This document shows, piece by piece, positions 37,310 to 46,850 of a stretch of DNA of 47,100 bases. Source of the DNA: Chloroflexota bacterium (GTDB lineage Bacteria > Chloroflexota > Limnocylindria > Limnocylindrales > CSP1-4); NCBI GenBank assembly GCA_031362295.1, contig JANLSG010000249.1, positions 1-47,100 on the forward strand, given 5' to 3'. The position numbers and the translations under genes were made by a program. Position 1 is the stretch's first letter, and every line of letters starts with the position of its first letter. The notes below the pieces were generated by a model. The model searched no databases, was not told the DNA's origin, and saw nothing but the letters and a program-made list of their open reading frames with translations.

Positions 37310-38446
37310 GTGGGCACGTATCGAATCGCGTCGATCGGGGGTGATGGCGTCGGCCCGGAGGTTGTTGCCGCCGCGCGCGCCGTCCTCGATGCGGTCGCGA
37401 CAAGGGATGGGTTCGGTATCGACTGGCTGGACGTGGTCGCGGGCGGCGCGGCGATCGACGCCTACGGCACGGCCTTTCGCCCGGAAGACCTCGATGCCGT
37501 TGCCGCCTGCGACGCGATCCTGCTGGGCGCCGTCGGCGGGCCGCGCTGGGACGATCCCGCCGCCCGCGTCCGGCCGGAGCAGGCGCTGTTCGCCCTTCGT
37601 GGCGGCCTGGAGCTGTTCGCGAACCTGCGCCCCGTGACCATCATGCCGGCGCTCGTGCCGTCTTCTCCCGTGCGGCCGGAGGTCCTCGAAGGGGTGGACC
37701 TGCTGATCGTCCGCGAGCTCACGTCGGGGCTGTACTTCGGGCGGCCGTCGGAGCAGCGCGACACGCCGGAGGGCCGCGTCGGCATCGACACGCTCTGGTA
37801 CACGGAGGGCGAGATCCGGCGCGTCGTCCGACTCGCCTTCGAGCTCGCGCGCGGGCGACGCCATCGCCTGACGAGCGTCGACAAGGCGAACGTCCTCGCG
37901 ACCTCGCGGCTGTGGCGCGTCGTCGTCGACGAGGTTCGATCCGAGTATCCGGACGTCGAGGTCAACCACCAGCTCGTCGATTCGTGCGCGATGCTTCTCG
38001 TGCGCAGGCCATCCTCGTTCGACGTCCTCGTGACGGAGAACCTGTTCGGGGACATCCTCTCGGACGAGGCAGCAGTCCTCGCGGGTAGCCTCGGGATGCT
38101 GCCGTCCGCGTCGCTCGGCGATCGGCGAACCGAGCATGGCCGCTTCGGCCTGTACGAGCCGATCCACGGCTCCGCCCCGGACATTGCCGGTCGCGATGCA
38201 GCGAATCCCGCGGGCACGATCCTCAGCGCCGCGATGCTCCTCAGGTGGTCACTGGGTCTCGAGACGGCTGCGGCAGACGTCGAGGCCGCAGTCGCCGCCG
38301 CCGTTGCGGACGGCTACCGAACCGAGGACCTCGTGCCGACCGACGGCGATCGCAACGGGCTCCAGGTCGTGGGCACCCGCGCGATGACCGCGGCGATCGT
38401 CGAGCGGCTGGGCGCACGCGTCGCCCCCGCAGGAGCTGCGTCGTGA
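37310..38446 (+). CDS. leuB: 3-isopropylmalate dehydrogenase
   Basis: GDGVGPE, FANLRP, RELTSGLYFG, VDKANVL, NLFGDILSDE, EPIHGSAPDIAG. Confidence 0.96.
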   Translation: MGTYRIASIGGDGVGPEVVAAARAVLDAVATRDGFGIDWLDVVAGGAAIDAYGTAFRPEDLDAVAACDAILLGAVGGPRWDDPAARVRPEQALFALRGGLELFANLRPVTIMPALVPSSPVRPEVLEGVDLLIVRELTSGLYFGRPSEQRDTPEGRVGIDTLWYTEGEIRRVVRLAFELARGRRHRLTSVDKANVLATSRLWRVVVDEVRSEYPDVEVNHQLVDSCAMLLVRRPSSFDVLVTENLFGDILSDEAAVLAGSLGMLPSASLGDRRTEHGRFGLYEPIHGSAPDIAGRDAANPAGTILSAAMLLRWSLGLETAAADVEAAVAAAVADGYRTEDLVPTDGDRNGLQVVGTRAMTAAIVERLGARVAPAGAAS

Positions 38447-40095
38447 GCGAGACACCTGTCGTCCTGTACGACACGACCCTGCGAGATGGCACGCAGGGCG
38501 AGAACATCACCTTGTCCCTCGCCGACAAGCTGCGCATCGCGCGCCTGCTGGACGAGTACGGCATGCCCTATGTCGAGGGCGGCTGGCCCGGTTCCAACCC
38601 GAAGGACGTCGAGTTCTTCAAGGCCGCGAAGGACCTGACATGGCACACGGCCAAGCTTGCCGCGTTCGGTTCGACGCGCCACCGCTCGCATACCGCGAAG
38701 GACGACCCGAACCTCACCGAGCTCCTGCGCGCCGAGACCCCGGTCGTCACGATCTTCGGCAAGAGCTGGGAGCTGCACGTCACCGAGGTGCTGGGCGCCA
38801 CGCTGGAGCAGAACCTCGAGATGATCGCGGACAGCGTGCGGCTCATCGTCGAGGAGGGCCGCGAGCTGGTGTACGACGCGGAGCACTTCTTCGACGGCTA
38901 CAAGGCGAATCCCGCGTACGCGCTCAGCACCCTCCGAGCGGCGATGGACGGCGGTGCCCGGACGCTTGTCCTCTGCGACACGAACGGCGGCACGCTCACT
39001 GCGGAGCTGCTCGCGATCCTCGCGGCGACGCGCACAGCCCTGACCTCGGCCGATGGGACCGCACCAACGTTCGGCATCCATACCCACAACGACGCGGAGC
39101 TAGCGGTCGCCAACTCGCTCGCCGCCGTCGGGGCGGGCGTGCGCCACGTCCAGGCGACGATCAACGGCTACGGCGAGCGGACCGGCAACGCGAACATGGT
39201 CAGCGTCCTCGCTGGGCTCGCGCTGAAGACGGACTTCCCGCTTTTGCCGGTCGGCGGCGGCGACCTCACCGCCCTGACCGAGCTGTCGCGTTCAGTCGCG
39301 GAGATCGCCAACCAGGCCCCGAATGACTACCAGCCGTATGTCGGGCGCTCCGCGTTCGCGCACAAGGGCGGCGTCCACGGTGCGGCGGTGGCGAAGGTGG
39401 AGCGCAGCTACCAGCACATCGACCCAACCGCCGTGGGCAACGAGGGCCGGCTCGTCGTCTCAGAGCTGGGCGGCAAGGCGAACACGGAGATCCGTGCCCG
39501 CCAGCTCGGGCACCAGCTGGACGGCGTCATCGAGCCGGGCGTCCTCTCGACGCTGATCAAGCGCCTCGAGAGCGAGGGCCTCTCCTTTGAGGGCGCGGAG
39601 GCGTCCTTCGAGCTGTTGATCCGGCGCCATCAGTCGGGCTACGCCCCGCCGTTCCGGATCGTGGACTACACGTGCCTCGTGGAGCAGCGTGCCGATGCGG
39701 CCCTGCGCGCGGAGGCGACCGTCAAGGTGGAGGTCGATGGCGAGCTGCTGCATACGGCGGCGGAGGGCAACGGCCCGGTGAATGCGCTCGATGCCGCGCT
39801 GCGCAAGGCGCTCCGCGCGTTCTACCCCGTGCTCGACACGGTGCACCTGTACGACTACAAGGTGCGCATCATCGATTCGGGTTCCGCGACGGCCGCCCGC
39901 ACGCGGGTCACGATCGAAACGACGAACGGCGCGCTCGAATGGTCGACGATGGGCTCGGACACCAACATCATCGCCGCCTCGGCGACCGCCCTCGCCGATT
40001 CGCTGGAGTACGCCATCTGGAAGCACGGCGCCGAGCTTCGACGCCGGGATGAACGACACTTCACCACCGTGATCGCAGGAGATGGAGCGAGATGA
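38443..40095 (+). CDS. cimA: Citramalate synthase
   Basis: YDTTLRDGTQGE, EGGWPGSNPKD, DAEHFFDG, LCDTNGG, AFAHKGGVH, YKVRI (bacterial CimA type). Confidence 0.92.
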   Translation: MSETPVVLYDTTLRDGTQGENITLSLADKLRIARLLDEYGMPYVEGGWPGSNPKDVEFFKAAKDLTWHTAKLAAFGSTRHRSHTAKDDPNLTELLRAETPVVTIFGKSWELHVTEVLGATLEQNLEMIADSVRLIVEEGRELVYDAEHFFDGYKANPAYALSTLRAAMDGGARTLVLCDTNGGTLTAELLAILAATRTALTSADGTAPTFGIHTHNDAELAVANSLAAVGAGVRHVQATINGYGERTGNANMVSVLAGLALKTDFPLLPVGGGDLTALTELSRSVAEIANQAPNDYQPYVGRSAFAHKGGVHGAAVAKVERSYQHIDPTAVGNEGRLVVSELGGKANTEIRARQLGHQLDGVIEPGVLSTLIKRLESEGLSFEGAEASFELLIRRHQSGYAPPFRIVDYTCLVEQRADAALRAEATVKVEVDGELLHTAAEGNGPVNALDAALRKALRAFYPVLDTVHLYDYKVRIIDSGSATAARTRVTIETTNGALEWSTMGSDTNIIAASATALADSLEYAIWKHGAELRRRDERHFTTVIAGDGAR

Positions 40096-40628
40096 CCGCA
40101 GCGCAACGTCCGACCGCCGCCAGTCCGGCCCTGCAGCTGACGCGCTGGACCGTCACCTCCAGCAGCAACGCCCAGAGCCGTGGCGCCGTCGTCATGGAGG
40201 CAGGTGCCCACCACTGGCGTGCTTCCGCCGAGGGCAACGGCGCCGTCGATGCGCTGTACCAGGCGGTCGATGCGGCGCTCGCCGAGGTACTCCAGGGACA
40301 TCCGAGGCTCGTCGGCTACGACGTCCACGCGCTGGCCGAAGGCCCGGACGCACAGGGCCTCGTGATCGTCGCCATCGAGCCGCCGGCCGGCGCCGAGGGG
40401 CCGCGCGCGACAGGCCTGTACAACGGCCGCGCGCGCAGCACGAACATCATCGCCGCCTCCATCGAGGCCTACGTCGAGGCGCTCAACGCGATGCTTGCGG
40501 AAGCCCACTGGGCCGGCGCTGCCGAGTCTGCCGGCAAGGGCCGGCGCGCAGCACCGGAGACCCACGGCCGCCGCGCCGAATTGGACCGCACGGCGACCGA
40601 CGACGGCGCCCCCTGGTTCGACCGCTAG
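40092..40628 (+). CDS. Stand-alone LeuA/CimA allosteric (regulatory) domain protein
   Basis: GNGAVDALYQA, YDVHAL..GPDAQG, STNIIAASIEAY. Aligns with the LeuA C-terminus. ATGA overlap with cimA. Confidence 0.88.
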   Translation: MTAAQRPTAASPALQLTRWTVTSSSNAQSRGAVVMEAGAHHWRASAEGNGAVDALYQAVDAALAEVLQGHPRLVGYDVHALAEGPDAQGLVIVAIEPPAGAEGPRATGLYNGRARSTNIIAASIEAYVEALNAMLAEAHWAGAAESAGKGRRAAPETHGRRAELDRTATDDGAPWFDR

Positions 40629-41497
40629 TAGCCGAGCGGCAGAACCATCGATTTGAGGCCCGTCGCGGTCGGCGCGTAGACCACGAGCAGCATCGTCTTG
40701 TCCGCAACGACGGTGGCCTTGATGCCGGAGATCAGCGCGGGCGCGGAGCAGTCGGGAAACGCCCCCGGCGACGACTCGTGCAGGGACAGCGAGTAGTCGC
40801 CCGGTTCGAAGACGTACTCCGTGCCGTCGCCGGGGCCCGCCGCCGTCTGGGTATCCGCGGCATCGTTGATCGATTTCTTGCAGCCCTGCCCGGCGCTCAG
40901 GTACCAGCTGACGCCATCGGCGGCCGTCACCGCGGGTTCGATGGCGTGCATGTTCACGATCAGCACGCCCTTGCCGGGCTCGGGGGTCGCGTCGTAGATG
41001 CCGCCGCCAGGCGCGTGATACAGCGACTGGAGCTGGAACACCGGCGTGCCGTCGTCGCGTGTGTCGGCGTCGCTCATCAGGACGTACGTGATGATCTCGC
41101 CGCCCTTGAGCGTCTCGGTCTGGCTGATGAGCTCGGTGCCGTTGCCGGTCTCGCCGTGGCGGTAGAAGGTGAGGAACATGTTGCCCGCCTCGTCGGCGAC
41201 CGTGGGATCGAAGAACTCCGTCGCGGTCCCGTACGGAACTGTCAGCAGCGGCGTCGCGCCATCGAGGACCCATGGCGCGGCATACACGTCGATCGTGGCG
41301 GCCTTGTCGCCGCCGTTGTAGACGTTGACGATCCGAACCTTTGCGCCGCTCGGGCGGCCGGCCGAGCCGCCGCCACCGCCAATGGTCGTTGGGCCCGGGC
41401 CGGCTGTCTGCGTCCCGTTCGTCGGGCCGTCGCCACCCGCGCCTCCGCATGCCGCAACGAGCGCGCCAACCGCGACCAGGGAGAGCAACCGCCGCAT
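40625..41497 (-). CDS. Lipoprotein, DUF4397-like
   Basis: Lipobox VAAC. AKVRIVNV..IDVY..VPYGTATEF pattern. SD GAGGT. Confidence 0.78.
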   Translation of the reverse strand: MRRLLSLVAVGALVAACGGAGGDGPTNGTQTAGPGPTTIGGGGGSAGRPSGAKVRIVNVYNGGDKAATIDVYAAPWVLDGATPLLTVPYGTATEFFDPTVADEAGNMFLTFYRHGETGNGTELISQTETLKGGEIITYVLMSDADTRDDGTPVFQLQSLYHAPGGGIYDATPEPGKGVLIVNMHAIEPAVTAADGVSWYLSAGQGCKKSINDAADTQTAAGPGDGTEYVFEPGDYSLSLHESSPGAFPDCSAPALISGIKATVVADKTMLLVVYAPTATGLKSMVLPLGY

Positions 41498-41602
41498 CGT
41501 GACCTCGAGGTATTCCGCCTTCCCGACGGCCTCTTGGCAACCGGCCGGGTGACGGTAGCAGCGGCGGCTGGTGAATGCGTTCGCGTCGGCTAGGATCGGC
41601 CG

Positions 41603-42475
41603 ATGGGGCCAATGACGAGCCGATCGGTCGCGTATTCCGGAGAGCCTGGCGCGTTCGCCGAGGATGCGGTGCTGCGCTGGTTCGAGGCGCCCAGCGCGCA
41701 GCCAATGGCGTCGTTCCGCGCGGTGTTCGAGTCGGTTCGAGACGGCGGGGCGGGCGCGGGCGTCGTCCCGGTGGAGAGCTCGCTGCTCGGGACGATCCGC
41801 GAGGTCCTGGACCTGCTGTACGAGTTCGACCTCGTCGTCGTCGGTGAGGTCAGCGTGCCGGTGCGGCTCGCGCTGCTGGCCCTGCCCGGGGAGCGGCTCG
41901 AGACGATCCGTACGGTGCACTCGATCGCGGCCGCGCTTGCCCAGGCGGACGAGTTCCTGCGCACGGGAACGTGGACCATCGAGACCACCTGGAACACCGC
42001 CGGCGCGGCGCGCCAGATCGCCGAGGCGGGGGAGCGAGGCGCAGCGGCCGTTGCGTCGGCTCGGGTCGCCGGGATCTACGGGCTGGAGGTGATCGCCGAC
42101 GGGATCCAGACCGGCGACGACAACCGCACCCGGTTCGCGGTCATTGCCGCGCGAGGCGCCGAGAACGCGATCCGCGCGGCAGCGGCGCCGAGTGCGATCG
42201 CGGGCAGCCCGAAGACGAGCCTTGTCTTCGGCGTGCGCAACGTCCCGGGTTCGCTGGGCCGTTCGCTGGAGGCGTTCGCGTCGCGCGGGATCAACCTCTC
42301 ACGACTCGAATCGAGGCCGTGGACGGGGCGCGGTTCGCGCTGGGAGTACCTGTTCTGGGTCGACCTGGACGCGGATGCGAACGCGGCCGGGTGCGCCGCG
42401 GCGCTCGCGGACCTCCGCAACGAGGCGGAGATGGTGCGAGTACTCGGCTCCTACCCCAGGGCTGCCGAGGACTGA
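41603..42475 (+). CDS. pheA: Prephenate dehydratase
   Basis: VAYSGEPGAFAE, VVPVESS, DNRTRF, ACT domain INLSRLESRP..EYLFWVD..LGSYP. Confidence 0.9.
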   Translation: MGPMTSRSVAYSGEPGAFAEDAVLRWFEAPSAQPMASFRAVFESVRDGGAGAGVVPVESSLLGTIREVLDLLYEFDLVVVGEVSVPVRLALLALPGERLETIRTVHSIAAALAQADEFLRTGTWTIETTWNTAGAARQIAEAGERGAAAVASARVAGIYGLEVIADGIQTGDDNRTRFAVIAARGAENAIRAAAAPSAIAGSPKTSLVFGVRNVPGSLGRSLEAFASRGINLSRLESRPWTGRGSRWEYLFWVDLDADANAAGCAAALADLRNEAEMVRVLGSYPRAAED

Positions 42476-42521
42476 TCCCGGCCGTACCATAGGCAACCCT
42501 CGGACCGCCACGGAGGACTAC

Positions 42522-44189
42522 GTGGACCAGGCCTTCCACGACGAGATGGCCGCCGGCTACCGGCTCGATGAGCCGGCAATCACGCTGGGCTCGCCGATGC
42601 TCGGTGACGAGGTCCTGAAGGACGTCCGCGTCCAGATCGCCCTGTCCCGGATCAACCGCCACGGGCTGGTCGCAGGGGCGACCGGCACCGGCAAGACCAA
42701 GACCCTGCAGATCCTCGCGGGCCAGCTCTCCGCACTCGGCGTGCCGGTGTTCGCCGTGGACGTGAAGGGCGACGTCTCCGGCATCGGCGCACCTGGCGAT
42801 CCGGCCGATCCCCGGGTCACTTCGCGCAGCGAGTCGATCGGCTGGAACTATGTGGCGGCCGGTCACCCGGTGGAGGTGCTATCGCTCTCCGGCAAGAGCG
42901 GCGCCCACGTCCGGGCGAGCATCTCGTCGTTCGGGCCACTGCTCCTCGGCAAGGTGCTCGACCTGAACGAGACCCAGACGTCCATCCTCTCGCTCGTCTT
43001 CCGCTACTGCGACGACGAGCACCTGCCGCTGCTCGACCTGGCGGACCTGCGCACGACCCTCAAGTTCCTCGCATCTGACGACGGCAAGGTCGTCCTCGAC
43101 GACCTCGGCGGGATCAGCTCCGCCTCGCTCGGCGTGATCCTGCGCTCGATCGTGACCCTCGAGGAGGAGGGTGCCGACATCTTCTTCGGCGAGCCCGAGT
43201 TCGACGTCGACGACCTCCTGCGCACGACGCTCGATGGCCGCGGGATGGTCACGCTGCTCGAGGTCGCGGACGTCATGGACCGGCCACGCCTGTACTCCAC
43301 GTTCGTCCTGTGGATGCTCGCGCAGCTGTACGAGAGCCTGCCCGAGATCGGCGACGTACCGAAGCCGAAGCTCGCGTTCTTCTTCGACGAGGCGCACCTG
43401 CTGTTCAAGGACGCCTCCGACGCGCTGCTGGAGCAGATCGAGCGGACCGCTCGCCTGATCCGGTCCAAGGGTGTCGGCGTGTACTTCGTCACCCAGGCGC
43501 CCACCGACGTCCCCTCATCCGTCCTGTCGCAGCTCGGCAACCGCATCCAGCACGCGCTCCGTGCGTTCACGCCGGATGACGCGGACGCGCTGCGCAAGAC
43601 CGCGCGGACCTTCCCGGTGACCACCCACTACGACGTGGAGCGGACGATCACGTCGCTCGGCATCGGCGAGGCCCTCGTCACGGTCCTCTCCCCGAAGGGC
43701 ATCCCGACGCCGCTCGCCGCCACGCGCCTCATCCCGCCCGACTCCCGGATGTCGCCGCTCACCGAGCCCGAGCTCTCGCAGCTCGTCGCAACGTCCCAAC
43801 TGTTCCCGCGGTATGGCAATCCGGTCGACCGGGAGAGCGCGCACGAGATCATCACGGCCCGGCTCGCGGCCGCGCACCAGGCGGCTGCCGCCGCAGCGGG
43901 CGTGCCCGCGGGCGCGCCGGGCGCCAGTCCGTACGGCGGCCTCACCCAGACGCAATACGAACGGGAGATCAGGCGGCAGGCGACGCAGGTCGAGAAGGAC
44001 CGCCAGCGCGAGATGCGCGAGGTCGAACGCGAACGGAAGGCGCAGGCGCGCGAGGCGAAGGCCGCCGAGCGCGCCCGCCAGCGCACGATCAACACCAGCA
44101 TCCGGACCGCAGGGCGCGTCGTGACCTCGAGGGTCGGGCAGTCGCTCATCCGCGGTGTCTTCGACACGATCTTCGGGCGCGGGCGCTGA
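42522..44189 (+). CDS. DUF853/YjgR-like HerA-family ATPase
   Basis: NRHGLVAGATGTGKT, DVKGD, FFFDEAHLLF, RSKGVG, QLGNRIQHALRAFTP. GTG at 42522 with SD GGAGG. Confidence 0.92.
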   Translation: MDQAFHDEMAAGYRLDEPAITLGSPMLGDEVLKDVRVQIALSRINRHGLVAGATGTGKTKTLQILAGQLSALGVPVFAVDVKGDVSGIGAPGDPADPRVTSRSESIGWNYVAAGHPVEVLSLSGKSGAHVRASISSFGPLLLGKVLDLNETQTSILSLVFRYCDDEHLPLLDLADLRTTLKFLASDDGKVVLDDLGGISSASLGVILRSIVTLEEEGADIFFGEPEFDVDDLLRTTLDGRGMVTLLEVADVMDRPRLYSTFVLWMLAQLYESLPEIGDVPKPKLAFFFDEAHLLFKDASDALLEQIERTARLIRSKGVGVYFVTQAPTDVPSSVLSQLGNRIQHALRAFTPDDADALRKTARTFPVTTHYDVERTITSLGIGEALVTVLSPKGIPTPLAATRLIPPDSRMSPLTEPELSQLVATSQLFPRYGNPVDRESAHEIITARLAAAHQAAAAAAGVPAGAPGASPYGGLTQTQYEREIRRQATQVEKDRQREMREVERERKAQAREAKAAERARQRTINTSIRTAGRVVTSRVGQSLIRGVFDTIFGRGR

Positions 44190-44239
44190 GGCGAGACGTT
44201 GCCCGGAGTACGATGCGGGACCACGCCACGGAGCCTTCG

Positions 44240-45682
44240 ATGACCCTGACCGCAACCAAGCCGCACCCGATCTACCTCGCCGGGAAGTGGGTCGAGTCGC
44301 CCAACACGCTGGTCGTCGACAACCCGGCCGTCCCGGCGACGCCGGCGGGCGCCACGTACAACGCCACCGAGGCGCAGTACGAGGAGGCGGTCACCGCCGC
44401 CGTCGCCGCATTCAAGGAGACCCGTGCGCTCCCGGTCTACGAGCGGAGCCGCGCCCTGCGCGAGATCTCCGCGGGGATCAAGGCGCGGCGCGAAGAGCTG
44501 GGCCAGATCCTCAGCCTGGAGGCGGGGAAGCCCCTGCGCGACGCGCTGGTGGAGGTGGACCGGTCGGTCTTCACCTTCCGGCTCGCCGCCGAGGAGGCCG
44601 AGCGGATGCTGGGCGAGGTGATCCCGCTGGACCTCGTGGCGGCGTCGCGGGGCCGGTTCGGGATCACCCGGCGGTTCCCGATTGGGCCGGTCGCGGGCAT
44701 CAGCCCGTTCAACTTCCCGCTCAACCTGGCGGCGCACAAGATCGCGCCGGCGATCGCCGCCGGCTGTTCGATCGTCCTGAAGCCCGCGACCAAGGATCCG
44801 CTCACGATCCTCACGGTCGGCGAGATCATCGACGCCGTCGGGCTCCCGGCGGGCGCCGTGAGCATCCTGCCGATGACGCGCGAGCTCGGCGATCGGATGG
44901 TCTCCGACCCGCGCTTCAAGCTCCTCACCTTCACGGGCAGCCCGTCGGTCGGGTGGCGGATGAAGGAGCGCGCCGGCAAGAAGAAGGTCGTGCTGGAGCT
45001 CGGCGGCAACGCCGCGGTGATCATCGACGCGACCGCGGACGTGGACTGGGCAGTCAAGCGGATCCTGGTCGGCGGCTTCAGCTACGCGGGCCAGTCGTGC
45101 ATCAGCGTGCAGCGGATCTACGTCCACGACGCTGTCGCCGAGGAATTCCGCGCGAAGCTCCTCGCCGGCGTCCTGCTCCTGAAGGTCGGCGATCCCCTCG
45201 ATCCAACGACGGACCTTGGGCCGATGGTCGACGAGCCGAACGCCGAGCGCGTCCAGCGCTGGGTCAACGAGGCGGTGTCCATGGGCGGCACCTTGCTCGC
45301 CGGCGGTTCCGCCAACGGCGCCTATTTCGAGCCGACCGTCCTGGCCGACGTTCCCAACAAGGCCCAGGTCTGCAGCAACGAGGCGTTCGCCCCGCTCGTG
45401 GTCCTGTCGACGTTCTCGGACTTCGGGTCGGCCATCGAGCAGGTCAACGACAGCGACTTCGGCCTCCAGACCGGCGTGTTCACGAACGACCTGGGTCATG
45501 CCTGGCAGGCATTCGAGGAGCTCGAGGTTGGCGGCGTCGTGATGAACGACATCTCGAGCTACCGGGTCGACCACATGCCCTACGGCGGCGTCAAGGATTC
45601 CGGCCTGGGCCGCGAGGGACTGCGCTGGTCGATCGAGGACATGACCGAGCTCAAGATCATGGTCGTCGCCCAGCCGCAGTAG
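44240..45682 (+). CDS. Aldehyde dehydrogenase family protein
   Basis: PFNFP, FTGS, LELGGN, AGQSCIS, EAFAP, PYGGVKDSG. ATG at 44240 with SD GGAG. Confidence 0.95.
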   Translation: MTLTATKPHPIYLAGKWVESPNTLVVDNPAVPATPAGATYNATEAQYEEAVTAAVAAFKETRALPVYERSRALREISAGIKARREELGQILSLEAGKPLRDALVEVDRSVFTFRLAAEEAERMLGEVIPLDLVAASRGRFGITRRFPIGPVAGISPFNFPLNLAAHKIAPAIAAGCSIVLKPATKDPLTILTVGEIIDAVGLPAGAVSILPMTRELGDRMVSDPRFKLLTFTGSPSVGWRMKERAGKKKVVLELGGNAAVIIDATADVDWAVKRILVGGFSYAGQSCISVQRIYVHDAVAEEFRAKLLAGVLLLKVGDPLDPTTDLGPMVDEPNAERVQRWVNEAVSMGGTLLAGGSANGAYFEPTVLADVPNKAQVCSNEAFAPLVVLSTFSDFGSAIEQVNDSDFGLQTGVFTNDLGHAWQAFEELEVGGVVMNDISSYRVDHMPYGGVKDSGLGREGLRWSIEDMTELKIMVVAQPQ

Positions 45683-45877
45683 GAGCCGGTTCGCGCCGCG
45701 GCCCGCCCAATCGGCGGGTCCGTTGTTGGCCGCCGTGATGCTGGGACCATCAAATCCTGGGGAACCAAGGCGATAGTCGGTCCCGGGCCCACCTTGCGGC
45801 CACGAAGTCCTGCTCATCTCGGGCTCGCAGCGCCTGAATCAGGCGCGTCCAAGCCGGAAGCGTGACGCGCCGAGCCA

Positions 45878-46070
45878 CGCTATTGGCAATGAAGCGCCAG
45901 GAATGATGATCCGGGTATCAGGCGACGGGTCAGGCCGATGAGAACTGCGACAGCCGAGCCCCTTAAGAACAACCCGCCTGGCGCGTAATTGGCAGTAAAG
46001 CGGCGGGATTCATGATCCGGGCATCATGCGACGAGCCAGGCCGACGGGAACTGCGGCAGCCGGACACCTT
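45878..46070 (+). repeat. Tandem ~87-bp direct repeat (offset 106 bp) of the promoter and 5' end of the XRE-nuclease-like gene
   Basis: 45878-45964 versus 45984-46070, gapless, 69/87 identical by manual count. Confidence 0.88.
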
Positions 46071-46850
46071 GAAGCGGCCGCCCTTGCGGGAACGCTCGGC
46101 CAGGACACCCGGCGCGCACGACGGCGGCGGAGGCTGACCCAGGCGCAGGTCGCGGCGCGAATCGGCTGCTCGCCAGCACGCGTTGCGGAGATGGAGCGCG
46201 GCGAAGGCGCGAATGCGCCGCTCGAATTGTGGGTCAAGCTCGGCATCGCGCTGGATCGGCCGCTTGCGGTGGCTTTTTCGCGCGAAACGCTCGACGACGG
46301 GACGGCCGCCACGCTGCACGACGCGGGCCACCTTGCGGCGCAGGAGTTGGTCCTGCGGCTCGGACGGCTTCATAGGCGCACGTCGAACGTGGAGCTGGCC
46401 ACGTCCACGAGTCGGTTGCCGTACGTGGCGGACGTCGTCCAGCGCGATGATCGTCGGGGGGTCCTGCTCCTGATCGAAATCGTGAACCGGGCGGGTGACC
46501 TCGGGGCGCTTTCGAGATCGTCGGACCGAAAGGCGAAAGACCTCGCTGGCATGGCCATCCTCATCGGCGGTGAGGCAGGGCCGTATCGCGTCGCTGTGGC
46601 CTGGCTGCTGATCGATAGCGCGGCACATCGACGGCTCGTCGCGTCGTTCCAGGAATTCCTCCGAACGCGGTGCCCCGGCTCGTCCGAGGCCCTGGTTCGC
46701 ACGTTGATGGACGGGACGGAGCCACCCACCGCGCCGGCGATCGCATGGATCAACCCGGGAAGCGGTCGCGTGGTGGCGGTTCGCTGGCGAACGGACACAC
46801 CGCACGCATCACCAGCCGTGCGAAAGCCCGCCGGTACACTCCCCCGGTGA
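46026..46850 (+). CDS. XRE HTH fused to a PD-(D/E)xK-like domain
   Basis: [36 protein letters not shown]...LLIEIV..GDL..DRK pattern. Paralog of 27598..28341. Confidence 0.8.
   Translation: MRRARPTGTAAAGHLEAAALAGTLGQDTRRARRRRRLTQAQVAARIGCSPARVAEMERGEGANAPLELWVKLGIALDRPLAVAFSRETLDDGTAATLHDAGHLAAQELVLRLGRLHRRTSNVELATSTSRLPYVADVVQRDDRRGVLLLIEIVNRAGDLGALSRSSDRKAKDLAGMAILIGGEAGPYRVAVAWLLIDSAAHRRLVASFQEFLRTRCPGSSEALVRTLMDGTEPPTAPAIAWINPGSGRVVAVRWRTDTPHASPAVRKPAGTLPR

Noticed and set aside
42522-44189. HerA-based defence or conjugation ATPase
   Set aside because: Motifs match the widespread DUF853/YjgR family, and there is no partner nuclease, SIR2 or T4SS gene adjacent.
45701-45727. Terminator after the aldehyde dehydrogenase gene
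   Set aside because: A 7-bp stem is present but the U-tract is poor, so it is too weak to call.
45878-46070. Diversity-generating retroelement TR/VR pair
   Set aside because: Mismatches are not confined to adenines, and there is no reverse transcriptase in the window.
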